A stretch of DNA of 64,000 bases, taken from positions 8,596,390-8,660,389 of the forward strand of contig CM082580.2 of the NCBI GenBank assembly GCA_040954595.2. Reading direction: 5' to 3'. Position numbers and translations under genes: made by a program. Of the stretch, positions 14,101 through 27,836 are shown one piece after another. The DNA is from Balanoglossus misakiensis (lineage: Eukaryota; Animalia; Hemichordata). Under the pieces are notes generated by a model, which saw only the letters and a program-made list of their open reading frames with translations, made no database searches and was not told the origin of the DNA. Numbering within the stretch: position 1 is the first letter of the stretch; the number at the start of each line of letters is the position of its first letter.

Positions 14101-14720
14101 CCGATCGACTCGCAGACCTCCGCAAAAGGCGCACTGGCACGGTGGTGTCGCTAACACGGACACTTTCCCACGGGATGTTTACCGGGTGATAGTTGAATAT
14201 CTTCTTGGAGATGTCTTTAAAAATGCAAATCGATAGTGGGAGAGATGTGAAGGTCGCCTGTCAGGCGGCAGCAAAGATGCTCGCTTGAGGAAAATCACAT
14301 TAGGCTTAAACATAAGCCGAACGATATTTTATTATATTATATTATAAACCGATGTTTACTTTGTGTTTGGTTCGCCTGCCATTGATTGCAGAAACTAACA
14401 TTTCTAAGAGGAAAGTAAACATTGAAATGATTTGATGAGCTTAGTGTTTGCACTTGCAATAAAGTGTAAACAGTGGGTAATTGTCACGTGATTCACCAAG
14501 CAAGAACGCCGAATCGGGTGTTTTCACTTCATCACGTCTACTCTAATTATTCGTTACCGTGGGGGACGGATATCGCACTATACTGTCTGTGAATGATGCG
14601 TTCGCCCGGTGAATGCGCCAGTCCGAACCTACCTGTTGGAACGTCCACTGTCAACCTGGACAACGAGGCTGCCGCCACTTCTGATATTCCCAGCAGCAGG
14701 CAGAGTATCAGAACGGACAT
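2111..14720 (-). CDS. ADAM11/22/23-like non-catalytic type I membrane protein, internally truncated (17 exons, ~572 aa)
   Basis: Exons 14633-14720, 13919-13989, 11065-11141, 9202-9268, 8683-8765, 8118-8172, 7243-7297, 7056-7123, 6700-6765, 5443-5514, 5012-5184, 4707-4791, 4370-4460, 3890-4180, 3651-3747, 2528-2713, 2111-2204. All have GT-AG ends, phases are consistent and the total is 1719 nt. Signal peptide [18 protein letters not shown]; prodomain motifs CYYHGNVRG...[13 protein letters not shown] and HIVFR; reprolysin start [11 protein letters not shown] and [18 protein letters not shown]; [29 protein letters not shown] resembles ADAM22; ends DTPV*. Exon 2 is the least certain. An in-frame upstream ATG lies at 14753. 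Confidence 0.85.
2880..2902. repeat. (CA)n microsatellite
   Basis: Direct inspection; lies in an ADAM intron. Confidence 0.9.
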
Positions 14721-17700
14721 TTCATCTCTCTTTCCCTTCCTCTGGAACCGCATCAGCGGGAGAGGCGACGGTGGCAACCTGTGGTGACAGAACACAGGTA
14801 TACGCATGAAGCAGCGGTGTACTGTGCAGTGTTACTGTAAGAAGATTTCGGTGACTGCGAGCGAACAAGCAACGCGACACGTACGGACACACTGCAGTGG
14901 TTTGTCAAACACCGCCCTCATCCCCTGCCACAAATGTAGGCGTGGCCGCGGCGTAGTCGCACGCTAGCGTACAATGAATTTCATGGCCCGGCGCGCTGAA
15001 TCACCATATCAGTAACGGTCGCTCTTGCCTAATTTATCCAATGATGATATTCCAGGTTTAGACATAACGCAAATAGTAAAAGTAATATCCGAGTGGATCC
15101 TTGAGAACTAAATTAGATGCGTTCACCTAATTAATTTCATTTCAGTGAGCCCATGAGGCTATCATTAGAACTTAGATACTTTTTCCATATACATTGTACT
15201 TTATAGGGCTTCGTAATAAATCTTCGAAAAAATGCTGTTTACAGTAAAGAAGCACAAGAATGTATCTCATATCCGTAGCTTTGAAAGTATTTGCTCAGGA
15301 AAAAATGAGAATGTAGGATCTCGGTTGTATCCGACAGTCGCGAAACGTGACAGTCTAATAATGAACTCTCCATCGTGTGCGACCTACGTGTCCTAAATTA
15401 GCTCCATTATCATTTTCTACTCCCGCTTCGCCTGGTAACGGGAAAAAAATTGAACGTATTTATAAGGTGTGATAACATCCCAATGTCTCACGTAGCTCGC
15501 CCGGGCATCACGGGAAATCGTTTCGGAATATGTACACTGCATACACGCCAAGATGTCCCTGACTCATTTGACTGAGATATCAGTGCATTTCGCACACGCA
15601 CGCATGCGTGCACGACAGCAGGGAGATGTTGCAAAGAATAGGACGCACGGAATACGGCGCAGTTTATTGGAAGTCAAAACAACAAAGGGCAGATGACAAA
15701 GGTGTCCACTAATCCCGATAAATTTGCTATTGTTATACAGAGAACAAGTGGGCGCCCCGTTCAGTCATCAATTCTGATATGGTATACTGGTTCATAATTG
15801 AAGCCAATCCGCCCACTACAAATATTAATTTAAAAGGGCACGTAGGCCTGGAACGTATTCTCGACACCTAAATTGAAATATATCTCTTCCAATAAAATCT
15901 GACACGTTCATGGCACTTGACGGGGCATGGTTACGAGTAAGCCGTGTTTGAAAACTGTACATACGAGGAAGCTTTCTCGTTTACAGGGGCCATCGTTTTT
16001 GTCCCATCAGTCATTCTTTTTTTCGGTACTGTCACTGTCATATGGGTTTAAAGCGTCCGCATGTACATAATCATTTGGATTATTGAAGCAAAGCCAGTGA
16101 GGCGAATCACGTGACCTTTGCGCGTGATATGTGATTACAATGGAACTATTATTTTCCCCGAAACAAATTGCAAACTGGGTCAATTAAGAAGAACGACGTG
16201 ATATTTATAATCTGTTTAAACAGCTTGTAAGAGACAAGTGCGTTTTAATATGTCGGGGTATTATTAGCGCTCAAGACAAAAGCGTCGTCGTGCGCGCATT
16301 GCACTGAGCGTGATGTACTTTGTTGTTACCACGAAACGACATTTAGCTGCCTTTATATAGTTGCTATTGCAAGTGATAATATTAGACGTTGCTTATTGGG
16401 GTGAAAGTCACTGCTGTTTTCGTACTCAAATGATCAGTTGCAGTGCAAGTTTGTATGTTTTGACACGAAATTGTGAAACGTCGTTTAGTACAATCACATC
16501 TGTAATATCAAGATATGTAGCAAGTGTTATCAAAAGCGATGCAGTCACTGGACACATTACCGTCTCTGCACAAGTTTATTTTATGTGTTAATTAGCGGTT
16601 AATTGATTGACATGGCAGCGCTAAGATCTTTGTGATCCGTAGCAATATTAATCAAATTATGCGGAGTAATATTGGAAATCTATCGCTAAATTACGAAAGT
16701 CCATTTATAAACATGCAAATTTGCATTTGTTGATTAATTAACAAGAAACCATGCAACGTCTTGGTCAAAACGGGAGGCAGTCACAACCCGAGCAAAATAT
16801 GTCACCAATGCCATAAGGATCATTTGTCTACGAAGAGATATTTTGTACTTATCGATCTATGCACAATGACATCAATATGTCTGCGGGGTGTATGCTTCGC
16901 CGTATTTTCATAATAACTTTATTATTATACGTCTAACACCTTTGTCGAGCCGGTTCTTGCATGTTCACAAAGCTTCCCTGCCTACTTCAGACACTGCCCA
17001 GTGGGGTCACGGTCAGCCAGCTAAATTTGTTTACGATATCAGCGCAGTCACCAACGAACAGCTTCACAAGACGTTCTCTGGCGATATGCCTCACCAATGC
17101 CTGGACCTTTCCACTCGGTGGAGGTCTTGCGGACAGATCACTGAGGGAAACATTTCATTCTAAAACAGTCCACAAAAATGTATCGACATTTGTTGGGCAT
17201 TTTATTCGTCCCCATCATCTAAGTGCGCATAGAGAAAAGACGGATAATCATATTACCCGCACTGCAAGTTGTTGCATAGGCGCCTTCTTTCACGTTCGAA
17301 CTCCCCTCAAAATAGTACAAGAGCCACGCAGGTTATCATTGGGGTGGTTGAAACCGTTCGAAAGTGAAGCCGAGAAAGTGTCTCCGAACAGGGACAAGTA
17401 AACGTGGCGTGGCATGGGTGGGGCGTCTCGAAACTGTCCGATAAGTTAAGTGTGACTGAACTATCTGGAACTGGCGTTCCACAGCGTGATAATTTCTAGT
17501 GCGCTGATTTCTGTTGTTCGGAGCGGTATATGTAAAAAATAAAGAATATACATGTGCACATATTTTACATTGGTCAAATACATGTACAGGAACTAATATA
17601 TAGCAAATAAATGCATAGCCGTACCTGATATTTGGGTAAGTCACTGAAGCTGCAAGCTTTATCACCTCATTTATTTCTGGAACGTGTCGGGCGGTCGGCG

Positions 17701-18716
17701 AAGTTCTCTCCCCGAGAGCACTGAACTCTGAAGTTACTGAGCGCTAATTCACTGAAATAAAAATTCAACACGATGAAGATTCATCCCATGTGGCCCTTGA
17801 AGGAAAATATCAGCTCAGCGTCCATCTGAACATATCATAGCTCGCCGCGCATGGGTGTGCTATTGGCCTTTGGCCTAATCATGCACTGGTCTGGTGTCAG
17901 TGGCCTCCGCGAATGTACAGCAGCTGCTGTATGCACATGCATTCTTCTCGGTCACACGAATCGCCACTGTCTGCGAGGCCGCTGCACTGCCTAGCCTACG
18001 GAGCAGCAAAACAACATCCGGGCAATTATGTCACAGTGGCAAAACTTGACAGATGGTTCCATTCCACATTTGGAGCCAATAACCAAATTGCATTTTTGCT
18101 TTTTGTAGTGAACGCGTATTTGACGACAACTCCATCAATATACATGTAGATGTTTTTGCCAAAGTAACTATTTTTAGTAATGACATACTATTACGCCGAC
18201 ACAAGTAATTAGGAAACCGAAGTCGAGTGAAATTGATAAAATTACCACATGATAGAGGGCAAGGAACGGATTGAAACCAGGCCTGGGTAGAAACCATACA
18301 ATGGCGGATCAATAAGCGTTAGACCAATATGGCCGACGAGATCTCGAAAATCACGAGACTAGCGCATGTATGTGTATTTTTCTGCCCCTGGCGTACATAT
18401 TTGTTTCCGCGCTTTTTGCCCTCGGTGATTTCACAGACACAGGCGCATAGAAACGTCTGAAAGTTGGGTCAAGGCAAAATACAAAAAATGTACACTGGTC
18501 CCTCAATCAGGACGGCTAAGTGACAATCCGATTAAAATCAGATGTAAAGTTGGCTCGATCTTTACATCGTCTGATTGAATGTGTGCTCTCAATTGTGCAT
18601 CTCCTAACAGTTGAGGGCGCATCAGTGTGCAACATGTAAGGAGCCTGGTACACATGTATGTGAATACTAAGGGTGGGCAACATTTTCAATGTAATTGACC
18701 CTGGCTTCAGTAGAAT

Positions 18717-18764
18717 CTTACACCACAGACCCCGGAGAAATTTCCCCAGGGTCTATGCTTACAC
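18717..18764. mobile_element. 34-bp palindromic mini-MITE or transposon footprint with 7-bp target-site duplication
   Basis: CTTACAC (18717-23) + CACAGACCCCGGAGAAA/TTTCCCCAGGGTCTATG (18724-57; halves are 14/17 complementary) + CTTACAC (18758-64). Confidence 0.6.
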
Positions 18765-19273
18765 CAAATATACACTGTTCGGATTATGTGATTGTCCTCA
18801 ACGAGACGCTAGTTATTGGGCCAGTGGCATGCACATGGCTGAATGAATCATAGTTTTGGAAGCCAAGCGGAGAACAAACGGCCAGATACTAGAGACTAAG
18901 GCTGGGTCTCCATAATATGGAGGCTATTGTAGTTCGTGAAAATAGATACCACACGTGACGCCATGAGTTCAAACTATCCAAATGGACGGCAAGTGAACAA
19001 CGTCCGATGTCCCTAAGGGAGTGCCCAGACTTTACTTCCAGGGGGAAGCTGCACATTCACGTGGACAGATTACATTGAAAAGTGGCCGGATTGCAATTGC
19101 TTTATGTTAAATTAATAACCTTATTTTCATATACCGCTAAAAGATTGGTGTTATTGTGACCTTCTCACCCAATTTCTCGTGTGATAAAATGATACCCTAC
19201 CCCTGAAAATCATCCGGGCCCCTGGAAGAAAATTCTGAACACTCCCTCAGTTTAACCTTGATCCACTTCAGAT

Positions 19274-20694
19274 ATGGCAGCGGTTCAGGTCGTAGTGCGG
19301 ATGCTTTTCCTGGCCCTCTCCGGGTTTTTTTTGTACATAATCTACGACTCGCTGTTTCCCCTCAAACCGCTCAAGGATGGTAAATACGGGCTCAACATCA
19401 CGCACGTACCGTTTACAGCGACGCTGTGCTTGTTGGCCGGGATTGCGGCGTGGCTGTACACGATCCCGGCAAAGGTGTATGACGTGCGGGGAAAAGCGGT
19501 GCTGATTACAGGTAAGGAGTGTGCGTGTGGCCCGCTGGCACCCCGGTGGGTGGTGATTGTCATTATAACCATAATGGAATAGCACAAATTGCTCTACACG
19601 CCTATGCCGAGAGAATGACAAAAATAGCCGTAGGGTCAGGAGGATGCTATTATTGTGCCGGGCCGTTAATTGTACTGTTCGATGTTTGTCGGTGCCTGGT
19701 TCCATATTCATGCTCCGATATTCGGGTCACCGGTGATTGCGGTGACATGACCCGGCGCCCGTCTGTGCACCTCTCAAACCGTTTTCGTGTTTTCCAAAAT
19801 ATTTTTTTCTTATTAACATTGCGAAAAAACATCGCATTGGACCATGATTGGACCAAGCAGTATATGTACCAAAAGTTTGTCGACCCATGGTCGACAATTG
19901 TTAGTTTATACGTTTTGTATGTGTTATAGACACCGCCTTGTCATATGGATATTACTGCGATAAGTGGGTGTAAATGCTGAGAGCAATACACTTATGTTGA
20001 AACCCTTATATACCGGCCTCTGGACTAAACAACGCTACCACGCTATGTTTACTAGTATTTCTCAATTGTTTTTAAGGCAAGGTCTCTACATGTCTGGAAT
20101 TCTTAATACCCCCCCCCCCCCTTTCAACAATGTTTGAACACAGCCTTATCTCTCGATTTATTGACCGCCACGCGTCTCTGTCTTATCTATCGGCAGGTTG
20201 TGACACCGGGTTCGGCCACGCCCTGGCAATCCATCTCGACCGCATCGGATTCCGGGTTTTTGCAGGGTGCCTCTTCAAACGCGGCGAGGGTGCACAAACA
20301 CTTGTTCAGACGTGCTCGAAGCGACTGGCAACCATTCAGATGGACATAACCGACCAACAACAGGTGGACGACGCTTTGGAAGATGTGCAGACCAGATTAG
20401 ATGGACAGGGTTGGTTAAATTTTAACCGGTTGCAAATGATCAACGCCGTATAGTTAATATTGTGTTTCAATAGATCTTACGTCATTGCGTCAAAGGTTAT
20501 CACTTGTAGAAAAAGGGGTCACGGCTACCTCTCGATCTCACGCATGAAGTTTCCTTGAATCGCAGTCTCAGTGGTTGAATGCTGTACCCCTCATTCAGAT
20601 TAGGTCACGACGCATGACATGGACCATAGAACGTACATGTACACGACACGTACCAGCGTGGTTTCAGTAACATAATTTCTCTCTCTCTCTGTTT

Positions 20695-20725
<31 letters not shown>

Positions 20726-22017
20726 TCTCCCCCCTCTATCCCCACCTCCCTACCTATCTCTCTCTCTACCTTTATCTCTATCTCAGAATTGTGGGGCCTG
20801 GTGAACAACGCTGGAATGCTGTGCTTGGCAGAATTTGAGATCACGCCGATGTCGATGACTGAAAAATTGATGCAAGTGAACTGCATTGGCGCTATGCGAG
20901 TGACGAAGACATTTTTGCCTTTGATACGGCAAAGCCAAGGACGCATCGTGAATGTCACCAGCATAGCAGGTAATTAAAGAGAAGCTCCAAACCTATTAGG
21001 GTGGGTATGATATAGATGGGATGGGAACATAGTTTTGTATTTTTTATACAAATGGATGGATGGGTTGGTGGGTCTGATGGTTGGGGGTGGATTGGTAGTT
21101 GGTTTGGTGGGTGGGTAACGGTTGATTGCTCCATGGGTGAACGGACTAAATGGAGAAAATGACATGATCTGGTAGGTAACAGATTCATTGATTTATTGAC
21201 TGATTGTTTGATCTTGATTTGATTTACTTCAAGGATTAATGACCCTCGGCCTCCACGCAGCCTATTCAGCGTCCAAAGGAGCCCTTGAACTTTTCTCGGA
21301 CGGTCTCCGCATGGAAATGGCGCCGTGGGGGGTCAGTGTGTCCGTCATAGAGCCGTCGGGATTCCGAACAGGTAAGAGCATGCGCTGCGCCCTGTAGTAC
21401 TTTGTCATTTTGTGTGCTGGATATCGTCGCAAACCACGACCTCTTTGCGGCAACAGTTTTAGAGTTGCATGAGAAGACAATACGTCAGCTATACTTATGA
21501 GCATGGTGTGGTATCTGACAGCTACAACACTATAGCTCACCCTCATTGCCTTCATTTAGATAATCTGACAATGTGGTACTAGGCTAGACCTACTATTGCT
21601 AAGGTCGACTCATCAAAACCGCCCTTTTCTTGATTTATTCACTCATTATCAGGTTTGCTAGGCGAGAAGAATATGAAGGCCATGGCGCAAAGTGTCGTCC
21701 GCGAGATTTCCCCGAGGCTGATGGAGGACTACGGAGAAGGGTATTTTAAAACGTACGAAAAACGGATGGTTGCCATCGGTTCACATGCTTCGCGTTACAT
21801 CCTGCCGGACTTGTCTCCCGTCATAGACTCCATCACCGACGCCCTCCTGTCGTCTGCTCCAAAAGCTCGCTATGCAATGGGCAAGGGTGTGTGGATCATG
21901 TTCTTTGCAAGATACTGCCTACCGACAAAATGGGGAGATCGCCTGCTGTTCAAAATTTTCGCGCCCAAAATATGGGAACCAGCGGGAGTAAGAAAACTAC
22001 ATGGCAAAGACGCGTGA
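19274..22017 (+). CDS. Membrane-anchored short-chain dehydrogenase/reductase (SDR9C; BDH1/17beta-HSD2/RDH-like), copy A
   Basis: Exons 19274-19511, 20197-20409, 20787-20969, 21234-21371, 21653-22017. Hydrophobic N-terminus, KAVLITGCDTGFG Rossmann motif, LWGLVNNAG, GRIVNVTS, catalytic YSASK, VIEPSGF. Confidence 0.92.
20676..20785. repeat. CT/CTTT-rich polypyrimidine simple repeat
   Basis: Direct inspection; precedes the acceptor of SDR copy A exon 3. Confidence 0.85.
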
Positions 22018-22613
22018 TCGTAATAGACGAATTCCGAGTGGCAAAAGATTGACCAGATTTTAAAGAACGGTAGCTGCAACTTTTGATAATATTCCCGGTG
22101 TTTTTATTCTGTGTTTCCACGACAGTTTCTTGTATATACACCCTGTAATTAGTTGACATGGACAATATCAACCTTGTCGTCACAGATTGCCGGACTGGAA
22201 ACTTTACAACTATATTTCAAAATAAAGAGACAACATGATCTGAATAATGTGTGCACTAGTGATTTTTTTAGCTGACCAATGGAGAGAGACAAAATAGGCC
22301 TAATCGCCTATATGACATCTGCCGAGTGACCATGGTTGTGTTGTTCCCCAATGTGTATATACTTGAAAGGTTAGAATTCCCAACGCTTATATCTGCTTTT
22401 ACAATCGTGCAGGGATTGCGAAATAAGAAAGCGTTTCTTTTAGAAATACCAGCGTGTTCAAAATCTGTAAGATATATTCGTCTCAGATAGCAGTCATAAC
22501 TGCTATACACGCAATTTTCGAATAGACCATGAAAATCCTCATGGTGAAAGCATCTTGAAATCTCATTTACATCTGACAGCGTCTCGGGTCTAGCACTCTG
22601 ACATCATCTGAAC

Positions 22614-23532
22614 TTATCGGCCTTTCCTTTCCCTTACTGCAGCTGGAAGTGGCCTCAGGCGGCAGAAGAGTCTGGCGAATATGCGGTCCGCCATCTTGGT
22701 CGGCAGGAAGTGTCTGACGAAGAGCATGAGTCGCGCGCCCTTGCCGACCACATAGCGCGGTTTGGGGTCCGTGGAGCGCAGGGCGTCAACCATGGCGTCG
22801 ACGACCGAGGACAGGTCGGAGAGGATGTAAGGGCCGCCTTTGCTCAGGCGGGTCACCCGTTGTCGATACCACGCCAAATACTCCTCTCCGTATTCTGCTT
22901 TCAATCTCGGAGAAATCTCGCCTTCGACGCTCCGCAACATCGCCTCTATTTTCGTCTCACCCATCAGACCTGAAACGGCCATCAATATGAGAGTGCCCTC
23001 TTTAGTTCGCCGGTCCACTGGAAAAAAAACTACTTCACTACCGCGTCTGTAACTTGGGGCAAGCCTTTTCAGTGTTTTACTTCTGCGTTACGACCACATT
23101 TTCCCCGTCTATTCCCAGAGACATGCTGTAACGCCCACTATTAGGTTTCTCGACTCAGCCACTTTGAGTGTGACATGCATATTCCTGCCTGGGCATTGAA
23201 ATCATGTTTGAACGATCATTGAACTTTAAATTTCACTGGGTCAATCTCTTAAAAATTTGACAAGCACACACTGTAACAGCAAATAAACCAGTCTGGAAGT
23301 ATAGGGTCATGTTGGGGTCACTGAAAGAATAGATAGATACCTGTTTGGAATCCGGCTGGTAGGATGAGTGACACGTGAACTTCCCATGGCTTCAATTCCA
23401 TTCGAAGACTGTCCGAAAAGAGTTCGATGGCAGCTTTGGACGCCGAATAAGCAGCGTGAAGTTCGAAAGCCACTTTACCTAAAATTAACGAGAACGTCAA
23501 ACCAATTAACATGCCAATCAATCATGAATCAC

Positions 23533-23564
<32 letters not shown>

Positions 23565-24773
23565 GCCCGTCTGCCTGCCTTTATGTCTATCTGTTTTAGG
23601 TACCCGGGGTTACGGGATGCAAAACGTTGATCGACTGAAACCACTTTCTTTGTCGCTTTACCTGAGACGCTGGAGACGTTAACGATACGTCCTCTGCTAC
23701 GTCGTATCAACGGACAGAATGCTTTCGTTACTCGCAGGGTACCAAGACAGTTCACTTGGATTTGTCTCTCGATCTCAGACATGGGGGACAGCTGGAATTC
23801 CGCTATAAACATCATCCCGGCGTTGTTGACCAAACCCCACAACTCTGGTAGAGGGAGAGAGAGACAGACAAAACACTGAGCGGAAGAAAGTATAGACAAA
23901 GATACACACATACATGCAGAAAGTTATAAGGTTCATGTCGTTGTTCCTTGTACATAAGAAGAATTCGAACGTATACATTTTTTTCGTAAATTGAGTTGCA
24001 ATGGCAATTGATTTAGTACAACACAATGTCGTTGTGGTTACCGTACCATCACGTATCGTCGTTTGCGTATTCTGCGCTCAGTCTATTGGGCAAATGTTCT
24101 AAATGTACACATCGTCGTCAGTTTAACTAACCGTTGCCATCCAAATGTGCCTGTACTTCTCCCAAAGCATCGTCCACCTGTTGTTGATCGGTAACATCCA
24201 ACTGAATGGTTGTCAGTCGCTCTGAACACACCTGCACAAGTTTTCGTTCGCCCTCGCCGCCTTTGAAGAGACACCCCGCAAAGACTCGAAATCCAAGACG
24301 GTCGAGTCTGATTGCCAGGGCATGGCCGAACCCGGTGTCACAACCTGAAATTGATACACACAACCACATAACTTACAATTCAATATCCTTGCTTTTGATT
24401 TGCAGACTGGCTTTCAGGTTTTGCCCCTTACGCATCCAGCGACCTAAACCGTCATTCGTGTCGTGTTATCGACTATGTGGCACAATGGACGTCCTGGTAA
24501 ACGACAATGTCCGTGCTTATTGTTATACATGCACAGGCGGTCAAATGTATAGACTGTCGCTCGAGGAACGGTCGTCTTACCTGTAATCAGAACCGCCCTG
24601 CCGTCCACCTCCAGTAGTCGTGTCGGTCGAGTATACAGCCATATAACAACTCCACCTAGAAAACAGAAAGCCGCTGCAAGTAGTTCTTCGAGGCAGACTT
24701 GTAATTTACCGCCAATAACACAGAAACCAAGCACGCAAAGAATCACCGCGAACAAGCGCCCGGTAGCTACCAT
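22614..24773 (-). CDS. Membrane-anchored SDR9C-type dehydrogenase, copy B (inverted paralogue of copy A)
   Basis: Exons 24581-24773, 24132-24344, 23662-23844, 23341-23478, 22614-22969. Internal exon sizes 213/183/138 are identical to copy A. Motifs TGCDTGFG, NNAG and YSASK are intact. Confidence 0.92.
23534..23564. repeat. (TCTA)n microsatellite
   Basis: Direct inspection; intron of SDR copy B. Confidence 0.9.
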
Positions 24774-25300
24774 CGTTCAACAGCCTCACTGGCCGACACG
24801 ACAGCTGTCTGTTCGTAACTCGTCTTGAGCCGTTCGCTGTGGCCGCTTTCCAGCTTTCAGGTGACCTCATCACTTGCTTTGTCTCCCAGACAATTACAGT
24901 GTCACGGCCCGATAGGATCAATTGTTCGTGACACCTTTGTATGAACATGGACGTCCATGGTATGAAGAAGAAAGAACTGCCCGCTGCGTGACCAATTGGT
25001 ACCGCGAACCGGTATATTGTGCATAATTAGAATACCAATGAACGTAGATATCATTCCAGTGTTTTATATTTATATTTAATGTATTTCCACTTTTAAAAAT
25101 TTAATTTAATCTAAATTATTTTCTACCATCTGAAGTATAATTGCTTATATCAATGAAGGTTAAAGACGTTACTCTATGATCACAGAGCCTCGGGAGAGAA
25201 GAAGAAAAAATAATTGCGAAAAACAGACACTGTTTTAGAGAGGAGTGTGGACAAAAATAGCGAGCAGGAAATTAAAATTCATTTCAATTCCGCTTCGAAA

Positions 25301-27771
25301 TCAACGGAAATAAATGATAATTGCAATTTCAATCCCCATCAGTAACAGGGCATTGGTATTGAGAAAATATCTCCATATCGGTTTGGCATCGGCCGATTGG
25401 AGCTGACGTATTTTGGCCTCCTTAGCTTCCTTCATATCAGCGTCATCGTCACCCTCAGGGGCGGGGCAGAACCACACAGCCGCTCGTCGCCATAGCGACG
25501 GGCGCTCGCCACCCTCGGAATCTTGGTCTGTTTTTTTCTCTGGGCTTGGTTTTTCCTCCATCTTGACGTCGTTCACTGTAAAATAGCAATGTTTGCAATT
25601 TAGGACGGGATAAAACAAAAGTGTTGAAGTACCGTCGACGCAACCAAATGTCAAGAACATCAACGCTTAACTTACTTTCTATGGAATTCACTTTCGAATC
25701 GGGGACTGTTTTAACCAGGTCATTCTCAATAACAACGTCTTCGCCCTCGAGCTCGTCTTCAGTTTGGAAAAGGACGTGACGCGTGAAGAATGTTGTTCCA
25801 CGAATCTGCCGATGAAACATTGGAGTAATTTACATACGAGAGTCGTGCGTGGGGTTAATTCGCTAAAGGAAAAGACAAGTGAAACACATCTCCACTGTGG
25901 CGCTCTACCGAGTCCTCTGTCTGTCTCAGGCTCCCTCTCTATCTCAATCTCTCGCTCTCTCTCATCCCCACTACACACAGCCACTTTCCCTTGCAAGATG
26001 CGACAGACACAATCACCCTTACTTACACGGTATTCTGGCAAGCGACCCGTGAGTAAACTAACCACCACAATTATTATGATGCACAAGAGGAACACGATCA
26101 GCGAGAAGTAGCTGTGGTGAAGAACGGTCAAAAATTCCGGCCTGGTGTCTTCCTCTCCGCACAGGGGGTCGGGATACACAAACGACAGTATCATCCGTGT
26201 TATGCCCACCGTCAATCCAATTATGAAACCCCAGAAAGATCCCTGTAATCCAGGATGTTCAAAATGCATTATTAAATAAGCAAATCCATCAATTGTACTG
26301 GTTGATATTTATTACGATGATCCTCACAAGACGAAATGTCGTTCAAGTGGTGTTGCATGTGGTGTTTGTGGTTAAAAATTTCAACATTTATGTGAAGGAA
26401 CCAAGTATCCTCGGTACAGAATTATTTTTGCGCCTAAAAAGGACTAAAGTCCACCTGCAATGATTTTAACATTAATAGTCACTTTGAAACGTGTATTACA
26501 GAAACACGGGTTGACGAATAATGTACCACACAAAAATGGCCAGGAATTACCTTTTCGTTGGCCCTGGGCCAGAAGACGGCTGCTAAGAAGAGCGCCGTGA
26601 TTGGTGAAGCCAGGTAAGACGTAATGGCCCAAATGTATTCCATCAACTGTCCTCCTTCCTGTGTCACCATAATTGGAATCCATAGGATGCCGATCCCAGC
26701 CAACGCAACCACAAAAACTCTGAAGGGACAATAAAATAAAGACCTTTGATATTTGCACCGTTTTCTGACATAGATGTACAGTCACAGCTCTCTCTATCAT
26801 TTTCTCCCCTCCCCTCTCTCATTTTGGCAAACGAAAACCGATTTTTTCTTCAAAAGAGATTAAATGAATCCAGAATCAAGGAGATTGGTCAGGCCAGCGC
26901 TCTTACTTTCCAACGATCAGTAATTCTCTCTGCGTTGCCTGTTTTCGGATTCGTTTCCACACATCCAACGTGAAGACGGTGCTGGCGCTGTTGAAGATCG
27001 AAGTCAACGAACTCATCAAGGCGGACAACATCACAGCCATCATGAGTCCACGTAGACCTGCAACACGGGGCGAAGTATAAGCTCATATGTTGAAACAGTT
27101 TATAAGTACATCACATTACGAATTCATTATAATCGCACAATCCGCCAGCCACTATAACCTTACTATTTTTGCTCTTTATTTGTTTTTGGAGGGAGGTCAG
27201 TTTTACAGTGGAACCTGAACATGTTATATTCACCAACCTTGGGGCATCAGCTCCAGTACCAGTTTGGGATAAGCGATGTTGCTACAGCTGACGGAGCTGT
27301 CACAAACTTCCTTGCAAATCTCAGGATCTGCGCAGGCAATCTCCTCTGGAGGAAACAAGAACATGAAATCTTAAGCATGCTGCCCTGAATGCAGCAAAAA
27401 TCGAGCATAAGACAAGGCAATGAAACGTGTGGAACGAAGCATGGGAAATTTCATTTCATTTAGACCACTCAGTTGGCCACCCCCGGTTGGTCCTTCAAAC
27501 GGAGATGGATGGTAAAACATAGCAAGAGTTACTATCTTTTTAAACTGTACGTCAAAGCAACACAGTAACTCTAATGGCTGAAGTTCGGGTTCTTCCATTT
27601 ACCTGGCCACAGTGCCCTGCTTATCATTCCGGGGAACATCAACAGGAACAAGGGTAGAATCTTCAGGTACCCAGCCAGGATGGTGCCCCCGCGGGCGTGC
27701 GGTAAACTCTTGGCTGCGAGGGCACGCTGTACAATCACCTATAAGGAAAGACAGAAGATGGAGTAAATGCG

Positions 27772-27836
<65 letters not shown>

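Noticed and set aside
14850-19200. Short ORFs in the ADAM-SDR intergenic region
   Set aside because: No homologous motifs or exon chain; treated as divergent regulatory or intergenic DNA.
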